NCBI RefSeq assembly: GCF_006345805.1
Contig: NC_042997.1
Coordinates: 143,282,001-143,346,000, forward strand
Direction: 5' to 3'
DNA: 64,000 bases
From: Octopus sinensis
Taxonomy: Eukaryota
The notes below the pieces were generated by a model, which was not told the DNA's origin, made no database searches, and saw only the letters and a list, made by a program, of their open reading frames with translations. Positions 26,212-38,989 of the stretch are shown here, piece by piece (the stretch's first letter is position 1; each line of letters starts with the position of its first letter). The position numbers and the translations under genes are program-made.

Positions 26212-27172
26212 ACTATCTCTTTGTTTTACAACAGTTCTTCCAATAGAAAGCTTAATTCATATTTAACTGCTGAATTGTTTGAGCAAGAATTGTTATAGCC
26301 CTATATATTCTTCTCCTTTGCTACCTACACAATGAAGAAATGTAGGTGATAACATTTTTTTGCAGTTAGAATAATGTCTTGCCTGAAATAAAAATATATA
26401 GTGAATGTAGTGAAATTTGTGCTAATTACCGTTTGATTAATAGTTCATTGTTATTTCACTGTTAGTTCACAGTTATTTCTAGCTTCACATCAACTTTGAC
26501 TTTTATAAGCCAATGAGAAAGAGAGAGAGAGAGAGAGAGAGAGCTAAACCCATTTGTTCCCATATTTATGTTGAAATACACTGCTGTTGTTTCAATTAAT
26601 TTTGAAAATAATGAAGAATTTAGGAAAAAAAATCTTTGTCATTATTAAGCTGGTGTTTGGAATATAACAGTATCAAACATTTTAATTTAGATCATTTTTA
26701 AACAGGAAGTTTAAAGTGTTCTGACTAGGGGACAGTCTCAAGTAGATTAGTATCAAAAGGGTTAAACATGGGATCTGTCCAGTTAGAAATAACAGCCAAA
26801 TCTGTTTCACAACATTACCATAGTGTTTCCCAAACACTTTTTTTCTTTACTTGCAGTGCACTTTAGAGCAGGGGTGAGGAAACTTTTTAATGTGGCAGGC
26901 AAAAATTTCCAAAGAGAAAAGGTCCATATGTGGGTCACAAGTTCTAACTCTTATATCTGTGTACATCTTGTATATATCTATGTATAATTCGATATACATT
27001 AATAAAGATTAAATTAAAGTGTAACATCTTCATTAATTCCACCACTGAATTTAGAATGTTTATATTACTTATGAGGTATTCTATATTTTTCAGCTAGAGT
27101 GTAGATGGGTCTCAAGAGAGTGGTACAAACATAACAATATGTGTTTTATAGTGATAACAAAATTTCCATTCA

Positions 27173-28100
27173 AATGACATAGATGCCAATTTAATGAATG
27201 CCACAGTATTGAAATATGCAGACGACATCAAGCTGTACCTTGAAATCAAGAGGACAGATCCTGATGTCTACAACTCTTTCCTGCAATCAGACCTAGACAC
27301 AATGCAGCAATGGATCACAGACTGGCAACTGAAACTGGCTGTGGACAAGTGTACCACCATGCATTTTGGGAGAAAAAACCCTGCGTCCACATACTCCCTC
27401 CACAACACTGATATCAAGAAATCCTCTTGCGAGCGTGACCTAGGCATCACTGTCAGCAGTGATTTGCGTTGGACAAAGCATATCTCTAAAATTGTCAAGA
27501 AGGCCGAGGGTGTCTTGGCATCACTCAGCAAGACTTTTGTTAGCCGCTCTCCAGCCATCTATTTAAAACTGTATACAGCTATGGTACGACCACACTTGGA
27601 ATTCGCATCATCAGTTTGGAATCCCTATCTTGCTCAGAACATTGACCTCCTGGAATCTGTCCAGAGATGTGCAACCAAACGCATACCCTCCATCAGACAC
27701 CTACCATATTCTGAGCGCCTTGTTTCCCTGGGCATGGATTCACTGAAGCTCCGGCGTCTGGCGACGGACTTGGTAAACACCCACAAGGTTATCAACCACC
27801 TCACCAACAACAACACTGAACACCTTTCTGATCTCCATGTGTCTAACACACGTGGACATGCCTACAAAGTCAGAAAACAGCACAGCTCCCATGACTTTCG
27901 GAAACATTTTTTCACGCTCAGGGTTGCTGAAGCGTGGAATAAACTGCCTGCATTAGTTGTTGACTGCCATGACACTGCATCCTTTAAGGCCCTCATGCTT
28001 CCCGAAATCCGTCGAAACTACACCTGATTATATATACACTTTAGATGAGTTGTAGTGCACCTGAGCACTGTACACAATTATTATTATTATTATTATTATT
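27173..28100 (+). mobile_element. 5'-truncated CR1-clade LINE with 3' UTR and (TTA)n tail
   Basis: RT motifs; tail at 28075-28100; AAATGACA at 27172-27179 and 28101-28108. Confidence 0.9.
27194..28027 (+). CDS. Reverse transcriptase C-terminal half (CR1-clade ORF2 fragment); open frame but truncated
   Basis: KYADD, LQSDLD..QW..W.L..KC, ERDLG, VRPHLEFASSVWNP, LESVQR..T, TRGH, FF.RV..WN.LP. Confidence 0.9.
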   Translation: MNATVLKYADDIKLYLEIKRTDPDVYNSFLQSDLDTMQQWITDWQLKLAVDKCTTMHFGRKNPASTYSLHNTDIKKSSCERDLGITVSSDLRWTKHISKIVKKAEGVLASLSKTFVSRSPAIYLKLYTAMVRPHLEFASSVWNPYLAQNIDLLESVQRCATKRIPSIRHLPYSERLVSLGMDSLKLRRLATDLVNTHKVINHLTNNNTEHLSDLHVSNTRGHAYKVRKQHSSHDFRKHFFTLRVAEAWNKLPALVVDCHDTASFKALMLPEIRRNYT

Positions 28101-28194
28101 AAATGACAATTACTGGATGATTTCTGTTCGAGCTTGACCATTTTAAATGATAGTGGAAATGCGACCTATGCCTCAAATAGGCATATGAATATTG

Positions 28195-28368
28195 TATTCT
28201 CTTTTACTCTTTTACTTGTTTCAGTCAAGCAAATCGACCCCAGGACTTATTCTTTGTATGCCTAGTACTTATTCTATCGGTCTCTTTTATCAAACCGCTA
28301 AGTAAACACACCAGCATTGATTGTCAAGCGAAGTTTGGGGGAGGGGTCAAACACAGACACACAAACAT

Positions 28369-28425
<57 letters not shown>

Positions 28426-28587
28426 GACAGGCTTCTTAGAGTTTTTGTCTACCAAATCCACTAACATGGCTTTGGTTGGCCCGAGGTTATAGTAGAAGAC
28501 ACTTGCTCAAGGTGCCACGCAGTGGGACTAAACCCGGAGCCATGTGGTTTGTAAGCAAGCTACTTACCACACAGCCATTCCTGCACC
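28195..28587 (-). mobile_element. SINE family A inside the hAT element
   Basis: Reverse-strand match to family A. Confidence 0.8.
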
Positions 28588-29761
28588 TAAATTTTATAAT
28601 AGAAAAATTTACTATACTTCGTACATACACGTATATCAGCCAGTGCAATAAAATGGGCTCGCAGGTGCAATTGTGCCCGCAGGCAGGATATGCCCCACCC
28701 CTACTTTAGAGCAATGTTTCTCAAATTGAGGAGAGATTTGCATGCATAGACAGATGTCAGTTTTCTGCAAAAAATCTTGTATATGAGCCTGTGCATAAAG
28801 ATGTAGATAAATGTTTGAGTTGACCTGATGGAAGTCCTAAAGTCCTAGGTACATTATACCCGGAAAAAAGGGTAAAAAAAAAGAATATGGTCACTGCTGA
28901 AAGACCCTGATGTTTCTTTACTATCTTCTCTCTCCTCTCACTTTCCCAACTGGGGTGGCCATATATCTCCTTTATATCAAGAGATTTGTGTTTGTCCCTC
29001 AATCATAATTTAGTTTCCCAACAATCTGGCAAAAAGCTACAATCTCTCTCTCTCTCTCCCAAATGCCACTCCCTTAGTTGATGTGGCATGGTAAAAATAC
29101 CCAGAACACATTGTAGAGTGGTTGGCATTAGGAAAGGCATCAAACATAGAAACCATGCCAAAGCTGACTTTAGAGTTTGTTGGAGTCCTGTGGCTCATTA
29201 GATTCTGTCAGACCAGCCAACCCATTTCTGTATTGGAAACAGAAGTGAAATGACGGTAATGATTCTATTCAATGCTCTATTCACTCAGACCAATTCACTG
29301 CATTATTCAGTATTTGGATGTTTATTAAATAATCAATCAAAATTAGTAATCAGCTGGGGAGGCAATGAAGGAGATTCTATGTGGTCATTCAACATGCTAG
29401 AAATACCAGCCAAATCTCCTTCAAATGATATTTGAGTGTTGTAATAAAGAAGAGAGAGATATTCAATAATGTAACCTTAGATACACAGTGTCTGATTAAA
29501 AAGACAGGTAGGAGATCAATACAACTGGAATATCTCTGATCATAGATCTGCATTATTGGAGTTGACCCAAGGCTAGACAGCAATATCAAGCATGTAGGTA
29601 ACCTTACCTAGGAGAATGGCTGCGGCTAGATCTGCTTCACATCTTCAATTAGAAATATGATGATGATGATGATGATTATGATGAAAGTACTGATGATGGT
29701 GATGATGACATATGCTTTATATCCTAATCAAGATTAACAAATATAAATAACAAAAAATGTT

Positions 29762-30170
29762 GGCGCAGGAGTGGCTGTGTGGTAAGTAGCTTGTTTACCA
29801 ACCACATGGTTCCGGGTTCAGTCCCACTGCGTGGCACCTTGGGCAACTGTCTTCTACTATAGCCTCGGGCCGACCAAAGCCTTGCGAGTGGATTTGGTAG
29901 ACGGAAACTGAAAGAAGCCCGTCATATATATATATATATATATATAAATCCGTGTGTGTGTTTGTGTGTCTGTGTTTGTCCCCCTAGCATTGCTTGACAA
30001 CTGATGCTGGTGTGTTTATGTTCTCGTTACTTAGCAGTTCAGCAAAAGAGACCGATAGAATAAGCACTGGGCTTACAAAAGAAAAAGTGCCGGGGTTGAG
30101 TTGCTCGATTAAAGGCGGTGTTCCAGCATGGCCGCAGTCAAATGACTGAAACAAGTAAAAGAGTAAAAGA
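29762..30170 (+). mobile_element. SINE family A, young full-length copy
   Basis: ggcgcaggagtggctgtgtggtaagtagc...; most CpGs intact. Confidence 0.9.
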
Positions 30171-30348
30171 GAGAGAGAGATAGAAATTGAATGAAAGCCT
30201 GTTGTAGTGGCTTGTGTTAGGAAGGCCATCCAGCCATAGAAACCATGTTAAAACAGACATTGGGGTACAATGCAACCCTTGACTCATTGGATCCTTGTCG
30301 AACTGTCCAACCTATGCCAGCATGGAACATGGATGTTAAATAATGATG

Positions 30349-30391
<43 letters not shown>

Positions 30392-30912
30392 TATATATAA
30401 TCATATATAATATATATATATATATATACAATCATATATATATATATATATATACAATCATATTATATATATATATATATACAATCATATTATATATATA
30501 TATATATAAATCCGTGTGTGTGTTTGTGTGTCTGTGTTTGTCCCCCTAGCATTGCTGACAACTGATGCTGGTGTGTTTATGTTCTCGTTACTTAGTTAGC
30601 AGTTCAGCAAAAGAGACCGATAGAATAAGCACTGGGCTTACAAAAGAAAAAGTGCCGGGGTTGAGTTGCTCGATTAAAGGCGGTGTTCCAGCATGGCCGC
30701 AGTCAAATGACTGAAACAAGTAAAAGAGTAAAAGAGAGAGAGAGATAGAAATTGAATGAAAGCCTGTTGTAGTGGCTTGTGTTAGGAAGGCCATCCAGCC
30801 ATAGAAACATGTTAAAACAGACATTGGGGTACAATGCAACCCTTGACTCATTGGATCCTTGTCGAACTGTCCAACCTATGCCAGCATGGAACATGGATGT
30901 TAAATAATGATG

Positions 30913-30914
<2 letters not shown>
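29946..30914 (+). repeat. Tandem duplication, period ~562 bp (SINE A 3' half + R fragment + microsatellite)
   Basis: 29946-30352 is nearly identical to 30508-30914; the differences I could see are small indels. Confidence 0.9.
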
Positions 30915-30952
<38 letters not shown>

Positions 30953-31471
30953 CACACATATATATATATAATCATATATATATATATATATATATACAAT
31001 CATATCTATATATATATATATACAATATATATATATATATTATAATATATATATATATATATATATTATACAATCACATATTATATATATATATATATAA
31101 TACAATCATATATATATATATATATATCATATATATATATATATATATATATCATATATATATATATATATAATATATATTATATATACAATCACATATA
31201 TATATATATAGATATATATACAATCCACATATATATATATATATATATAATATATATATACAATCACATATATATATATCACATATATATATATATATAT
31301 ATACAATCACATTATATATATATATATATATATACAATCACATATATAATATATATAATATATATATACAATCACTATATATATATATAGATATATATAC
31401 AATCACATATATATATATATATATATTACAATCACAATATATATATATATATATAATATATACAATCACAT

Positions 31472-31520
<49 letters not shown>

Positions 31521-31611
31521 CAATCACATATATATATATATATATTATATATATATATATATATAATACAATCACATATATATATATATTATAATATATA
31601 TATACCATCAC

Positions 31612-31642
<31 letters not shown>

Positions 31643-31891
31643 CACATAATATATATATATACAATCACATATATATATATATATACAATCACATATATAT
31701 ATATATAACATATATATATATATATATACAATCACATATATATATATATATATATATCTATATATATCAATCACATATATATATATATACAATCCATATA
31801 TATATATATAACAATCATATATTATATATATATATATATATATATACAATCACATATATATATATATATATCATATATATATATATACAAT

Positions 31892-31922
<31 letters not shown>

Positions 31923-31958
31923 CAATCACATATATATATAATATATATATAATACAAT

Positions 31959-32000
<42 letters not shown>

Positions 32001-32229
32001 CACATATATATTATATATATATATATACAATCACATATATATATATATATATATTACAATCACATATATATATATATATACAATCACATAATATATATAT
32101 ATATAATATAATATATATATATATATAATATATATATATAATATATACAATCACATATATATATATATATACAATCACATATATATATATATATACACAA
32201 TCACATATATATATATATATACAATCACA

Positions 32230-32267
<38 letters not shown>

Positions 32268-32278
32268 CATATATATAT
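30915..32278. repeat. ~1.35-kb compound satellite: (TA)n punctuated by CAATCACA
   Basis: Directly visible. Confidence 0.95.
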
Positions 32279-32436
32279 AAGAATTTTTTGTGTAATGAGA
32301 TGAAAAAACCAAGGCTGTGTAGGTATTAGAACATTTATAGATAGGTCTTACAAAAGATATATACACACACTTCTACATTAGACTCTATTTTTGAGTAACA
32401 TATTTTCGTCCCAAATTTTTTGCTTGATGAAAAAAG

Positions 32437-32467
<31 letters not shown>

Positions 32468-32990
32468 GGTCACCCTACTGTGTAAAAATTAACAGCGGAC
32501 CTTGAAGCAATCCACGAAGCTTCATAAAGATCGTAACATTGCAACAACTCAGCTACTGGAATAGGCTGAAAGAGCTAAGACTTTACTCAATGGAGTAAAG
32601 GCAGGAGAGATGTGCAGTAATATACATCTGGAAGATCCTGGGAGGGATTGTGCCAAATTTTGGCATTGAAAGCTTCACAAATTCCAGAACGGGTTGCCAC
32701 TGCACAGTGCCAAAGTCTCAGTAATGCCATCGAGCTTCAGGACCAGTTACTGCAACAGCCTGGGTTTCAGGGACCCACAGCTTTTTGATATTCTTCCAAA
32801 GAGCCTGAGGAACCTACACAAAGTGGATGTAGGTGTTTTCAAATCAAAACTGAATCATTTCCTGTTGAAAGTCCCAGATGAACCTACCTTGTGGCAAGAG
32901 GTGCAAATGAGGGTACTAACATCAAACTCCCTTATTCACCAAATGCCACATATTAGAGAAGGCTCTCAATAATAACAGTGTAGCAAAATT
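32468..32990 (+). mobile_element. Degraded CR1-clade LINE 3' fragment (second family)
   Basis: LSYWNRLKELRLYS, IYIWKIL, FDILPKSLRNL, FKSKL..FL.KVPDEP, SNSL; stops and frameshifts present. Confidence 0.8.
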
Positions 32991-33035
32991 GCAGTGCTCC
33001 AGCATGGCCACAGCTTTGAGCTGAAACTGACAAAA

Positions 33036-33100
<65 letters not shown>

Positions 33101-33679
33101 CATATACATACATACATATTTATATATAATAAATACATTTGGATAATGAATCTACATTTGGACCTATTTGTCAACTATCAGACATTGCAATTGTTCTTTG
33201 TTGGAATTGGAAACATTTCTTGTATCTTCCAAGTAATATTCAGAAAGAGACTTGAGATCTCATCTTCTAACCCGTTTCCATGGTTATTTGATTGATGTCA
33301 TTATTACATCAATAAAATAAGATTGACATATATATTTTATTTTACTTCATTTTTTCAAATTATTTTCTTGCCACATTTTCAGTCTATTATTCATATTAAA
33401 ATCATGGAATATGTTACAATACAAGTATGGAAAAATGGATGCTGAAACAATGATATATATCCTTTTCTCTTATATTTCTTTCAGTCATTAGACTGTGGCC
33501 ATGCTGGGGCACTGAGTTGAAGACTTTTTAGTCCAATGAAGACTTTTTAAAGCTGGTATATATTCTATCAGGCTCTTTTCCTGATTGACTAAGTTATGGG
33601 GACATAAACACACCAACACTGGTTGTGAAGCGGTAGTGGGGGACAAACACACACACACACATGCATATATGTATACATG

Positions 33680-34003
33680 AAGGCACATGGTTCAGTACTT
33701 AGCGCGTTGGGCTCACAATCATGAAGTAGTGAGTTCGATTTCCAGATCAGGCTGTGTGATGTGTTCTTGAGCAAGACACTTTATTTCACATTGCTTCAGT
33801 TCAATCAGCTGTAGAAATGTCACTTGGGGCCAAGCTGTACTGGTCTCTACCTTTCCCTCGGATAATATCGGAGAGGGGAGGCTGGTATGCATGAGCGACT
33901 GCTGGTCTTCCATAAACACCACCACCCGTACTTGTGTCGGGGGTGGGGGTAACATTTTAGGTGCAATCCCATGGTCACTTATAACCAAAGGCAGTCTTTA
34001 CAC
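33680..34003 (+). mobile_element. SINE family C (tRNA-like head, CORE-like segment)
   Basis: ggcacatggttcagtact...gagttcgattt...gtgttcttgagcaagacactttatttcac. Confidence 0.8.
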
Positions 34004-34006
34004 TTA

Positions 34007-34053
<47 letters not shown>

Positions 34054-34065
34054 TATATACACATA

Positions 34066-34445
34066 CATTCTTTTACTTGTTTCAGTCATTTGACTGCAGC
34101 CATGCTGGAGCACCACCTTTAATCGAACAAATCAACCCCAGGACTTATTGTTTGTAAGCTTGGTACTTATTATATCAGTCTCTTTTGCGAATCACTAAGT
34201 GATAGGGATGTAAACACACTAACATTGTCAAGCAATGATGGGAGGTGGGTACAAACATAGACACAAATAACAAACACACACATATATACATACATATATA
34301 TGACGAGCATCTTTCAGTTTCTGCCTACTAAATCCACTCCCAAGGCTATAGTAGAAGACACTTTCCCAAAGTGTCACACAGTGGGAATGAACCCAGAACC
34401 ATGAGATTGGGAAGCAAGCTTCTTACCACTCAGCCACTCCTGTGC
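34066..34445 (-). mobile_element. SINE family A
   Basis: Reverse-strand match to family A. Confidence 0.8.
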
Positions 34446-34571
34446 CTTTGTATATATAAATTTTAAATGTCATTGCAATACAATACAATAGCATCGACTG
34501 CTATTTCCAGCAAACATTGGTGCCTCATTGTACCAATTTTTCTTATTTATATATGTATATGTATATATATA

Positions 34572-34606
<35 letters not shown>

Positions 34607-36618
34607 GGCTTCTTTTAGTTTCCACCTACAAATCCATTTACAAGGCTTTGTTTGGCCTGAGGCGATAGCAGAAAATACATGCCCAAGGGCCACACAATGG
34701 GACTGAGCCTGGATTCATGTGGTTAGGAAGCAAGCTCCTTACCACTGCCTGATGATGATCATTTTAACATCTATTCCATTATTATATAGGCTGGATGAAA
34801 TTCATTACGGCAGATTTTCTATGACTGAATGCCCTTCAAGCAATATGTGAGGGTAGTTATAGTAGCTGGAAGGCAGATAAAGACGGTGGTGTGGTGGTGG
34901 TGTGTGTGTGTGTGTGTAAAGATACACATAATCATCATATATATATATATATATAATGATCTTTGAGATAGCTTTTGTCTACAAAATTTCATTTGCAAAT
35001 TTTTTGATTGGACAAATTGTTTGAGACAAAAGATATCCAAGGTCTAAGATTCTGTTCAATTAGATCAAACCTAGGCCTACTAGTTGTGAATCAAGGGTAA
35101 AAATCAAGGTTTTAATTTTTGCTTTTTATAAAACATTAAAAAAGATATTTCGAGAGTGGAGTGGGATGGTTTTTGTTGTAATTCAGTCTGAGGTCAACTC
35201 TGATTTAGCTGACTTATAATAAGAAGTATTCCAGATATGACCATTCCATCTTTTTTCAGCCATTACATGTACTCTGTGAAAGTGTGTGGTGTAGTGAATA
35301 GGGTGTTGCACTCATGATTGCAAGATTAAGGTTTTGATTCCTGGACTAGGCAGTGTGTTATATTGTTGAACAAAACTCTTCATTTCATGTTACTCCAGTC
35401 CACTCAGCTGCAAATGAGCAACTTTGCAACAGACTGGCGTCCCATTCAGGGACGGTGATCTCAGTCACTTATATGTCCATAGAAACTGGGTAACCAGCTC
35501 TATGAGTCCTTGGACCTGAGACAATACTTAGGTTTTCTTTTATGTGTACCCTCCACTACATTATCCACAGTATCATATATATTCTGCTTTGCCACCCATA
35601 TTTTTTTTTTTTTTTGCTATTTAGATGTTAGGGTGCTTGAGGATGTCTTAGCTGCTGTTTTTAGCTAGCAGGTCAAGCAACCACATAGAAGCTTCCTCAT
35701 TGGCTTTTAAATGAAATTTGTGCTGGTAATGAGTGAAGTACAAAAGTTTTACCATTCTGAATTTGATGTCACATAGTTCATATTTCACCAGCAGTAAGCA
35801 AGGCACACACACACAGACACAGACAAACAGACACACACACACACACACACACACAAGTAACCAGACAGCTCACATAGCTGGACTGAAAATACTATCAAGG
35901 TTACAGTAATCAGAAAGCAATAGTTGACAGTTTGCCAATTGTAATTGGTTTACTTAGTAAAATCTAGCTAGTAGCATACATATACACATACCAGCTTTAT
36001 GGATGAGACCCTCTATTAGAATAGCACTTCTCACAAAACTGTCATCTCACATTAGAAACAGTCAACCCACCCACCACCACTTTAACACCTATGTAAACAT
36101 AGGCTAATATGAGCCACTGAGAGAGCTTGTGTAACAACTAACTGACCTGTCAAAAATAGCAGCTAAATCTTCTTCAAATCAATGGGAGACATTCTCAAAC
36201 TGCTTTTGTCATCTCACATTTTGGAACTAGAAAACAGTCCTTCCCTTCCAAACATGGCAACACCTATATAAATTTAGACCAATATAAGCCACCGAGAGAG
36301 TCTCTGTGGGACTAACTGACCTGCTAAAAACAGCAGCCAAATCTCACTCATATCACAACTAGTGTCATAAAAAAAGGAGAGACATTCTCAAAATTTTTCT
36401 GTTATCTCTCATTTTAAAACCAGAAATAGGTGTGTATGTGCGTTTTTGTATGTGTGCCTGTGAATGGTGTTTCATATGTCTTATTGGGTACAATTAAGTG
36501 AGTCTGGGTTTACATTCTCCAGGAAACACAAATCCAGTAGTTTCAGCTTTTGATATGTAAAAAATGGTGAAATGAAAATAATACTTTATTGACATAATGG
36601 ATTAGGGTCTGACAAGTG

Positions 36619-36986
36619 GAGGCGCAATGGCCCAGTGGTTAGGGCAGCGGACTCGCGGTTTCGATTCCTAGACCGGGCGTTGTGAGTGTTTATTGAGCGA
36701 AAACACCTAAAGCTCCACGAGGCTCCGGCAGGGGATGGTGGTGATCCCTGCTGTACTCTTTCACCACAACTTTCTCTCACTCTTACTTCCTGTTTCTGTT
36801 GTACCTGTATTTCAAAGGGCCGGCCTTGTCACTCTCTGTGTCACGCTGAATATCCCTGAGAACTACGTTAAGGGTACACGTGTCTGTGGAGTGCTCAGCC
36901 ACTTACACGTTAATTTCATGAGCAGGCTGTTCCGTTGATTCGGATCAACCGGAACCCTCGTTGTTGTAACCGACGGAGTGCTTCCA
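36619..36986 (+). mobile_element. SINE family D (tRNA-like head), young copy
   Basis: ggcgcaatggcccagtggttagggcagcggactc...gtttcgattcc; tail gagaactacgttaagggtacacgtg...gtaaccgacggagtg. Confidence 0.85.
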
Positions 36987-37109
36987 TAGGGTCTGACAGG
37001 AACAGTATCCAACCATAGGAAATCTAACCCATATCAGCATAGATAACCAGGTGTTAAACCAAATAAAGTAGCACCTCTACTAAAACAAAATTAGCTTTGT
37101 ATCTAATTC

Positions 37110-38212
37110 TTTATTTTTGTATCTCTTGTTTGTTTCAGTCATTGGACTGTGGGAATGTTAGGTCACCACCTTAGAGGGTTTAGATGAACAATTAAATTCC
37201 GTACTTTTTCTTTTAAAAGTTTGGTACTTATTCAATCAGCCTCTTTTGCTAAAAACATTAAGTCATGAGGACATAAATATACCAAAATCGGTTGTCAAGT
37301 GGTGGTAATAAGACGAAGGGTAATGAGTAAAGACCCCTTTCGTTCATGAATGACCATGGGATTGCACCTAGAAAACCACCCTGCCAAGCACAAGTTTGGG
37401 CAAGGTTGTTTATGGAAGACTAGCAATCGCTCATGCATACCAGCCTCTCCTCTCCACACCACTGATGTTATCCAAGGGAAAGGCAAAGGCTGATACAGCT
37501 TGGCACCAGTGACATCGCAACGCATTTCAACAGCTGATTGAACTGGAGCAATGTGAAATAAAGTGTCTTGCTCAAGAACACAACACACAGCCCAGTCCAA
37601 GAATCGAACCCACTATTTTATAATTGCTCTAACCACTAAGCCTGTTTCCTTTATGATAAGACAAATACAAAATACATTTGTATGTATACATGATGGGCTT
37701 CCACATCTTTTCTACCAAATCCATTCACAAGGATTGGTCAACATGGGGTTGTAGTGGAAGACAGCATTTGCCCAAGGTGCCACGAAGTGCGACTGAACCC
37801 AAAATCATATGGTTGCAAAGATAGATTTGTAACCATACAGCCATGCCTGTGACTATTTTATCTTTTACTTGTTTCCTTATGTTGGGGAACAGCCTTGAAG
37901 AATTTTAGTTGAACAAATTGACCCCAGTACTTATTTATTTGTAAAGCCTGGTACTTACTCTACTAGTCTGTTTTATCAAACTGCAAGGTTATGGGGACAT
38001 AAACACACCAACACCAGTTCTCAGGCAGTAAGGGTGGACAAACACAGACACACAGGCTTCTTTCAGTTTCTGCCTACCAAATCTACTTACAAGGCATTGG
38101 CTGGCCCAAGGCTGTAGTAGAAGACACTTGCCCAAGGTACCATGCAATGGGACTGAACCCGGAATCATGTGGTCGGGGAGCAAACTTCTTACCTCACAGT
38201 CATATCTGTGCC
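37110..38212 (-). mobile_element. SINE cluster: family A interrupted by family C (37312-37645), then a second A copy
   Basis: Reverse-strand matches to families A and C. Confidence 0.75.
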
Positions 38213-38989
38213 TTCAATCAATATTTGATATGGAAACATCAAGATTGTTTTTTCTTTCTTACTTGTAAAAAGGGATTATATTTTAGAACACTGGATGGAA
38301 AATGATACATTTCAAAGCATATTTTCATTTCATTTCTCTATTAGATGATTTAGTCTCCAATACTAGATAAGAAATATTGTGTTTGTTTTGGAATCTTCAA
38401 TACTTCCCAGTTAGTTTCTTCTATTATTATCTTCTACCACACATGAAAAACTATTTAAAGCACTCCATGAAGGAAACAGTCTGGAATGGATTCTGTAAAT
38501 GTCATAAATAAATGCTGTCTAACTACTACTGTTATTTTAGTTTCCACTCTTCTATGCTTGCATGGCTCAGAAGGAATTCACTGGAGTAGATTTTCTATTG
38601 CCAGATGCTTTTCCTGCTGTCAAGCAAGATGTTATTTTCCCATGTCTGGACACGTCTTTGTGGAACATTAGAAATGAGGGACACTGCTTGTATGTCAGGG
38701 AGATTTGTTTACAACTATTTACTGCATGATATCAAGGCAAGGAAACACACCCATGCAAACTTAAATATATACATGAACACATACAGAATGGGCTTCTTTC
38801 ATTTTCTGTGTATCAAACCCACCCAAGGCTTTGGTTGGTTTGGATATGCAGTAAAAGACACTTGCCGAAAGTTCCACACAGTGAGACTGAACCTGAAACC
38901 ACATAGTTGGGAAGTGAAGTTTTTAATGACAGAGACAGGCTTAAGTACTTTTAATAAATCATTATTAGATATTTTTGCAAACAACTTGC

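Larger units (their letters stand above)
26869..28703. mobile_element. Non-autonomous hAT (Charlie-like) element hosting a CR1 and a SINE insertion
   Basis: Termini caggggtgagg / ccccaccccta; perfect 8-bp TSD CTTTAGAG at 26861-26868 and 28704-28711. Confidence 0.8.

Noticed and set aside
36619-36690. tRNA gene (also the heads of SINE families A-C)
   Set aside because: A/B-box-like heads run into SINE bodies and lack a complete cloverleaf; they are tRNA-derived SINE heads.
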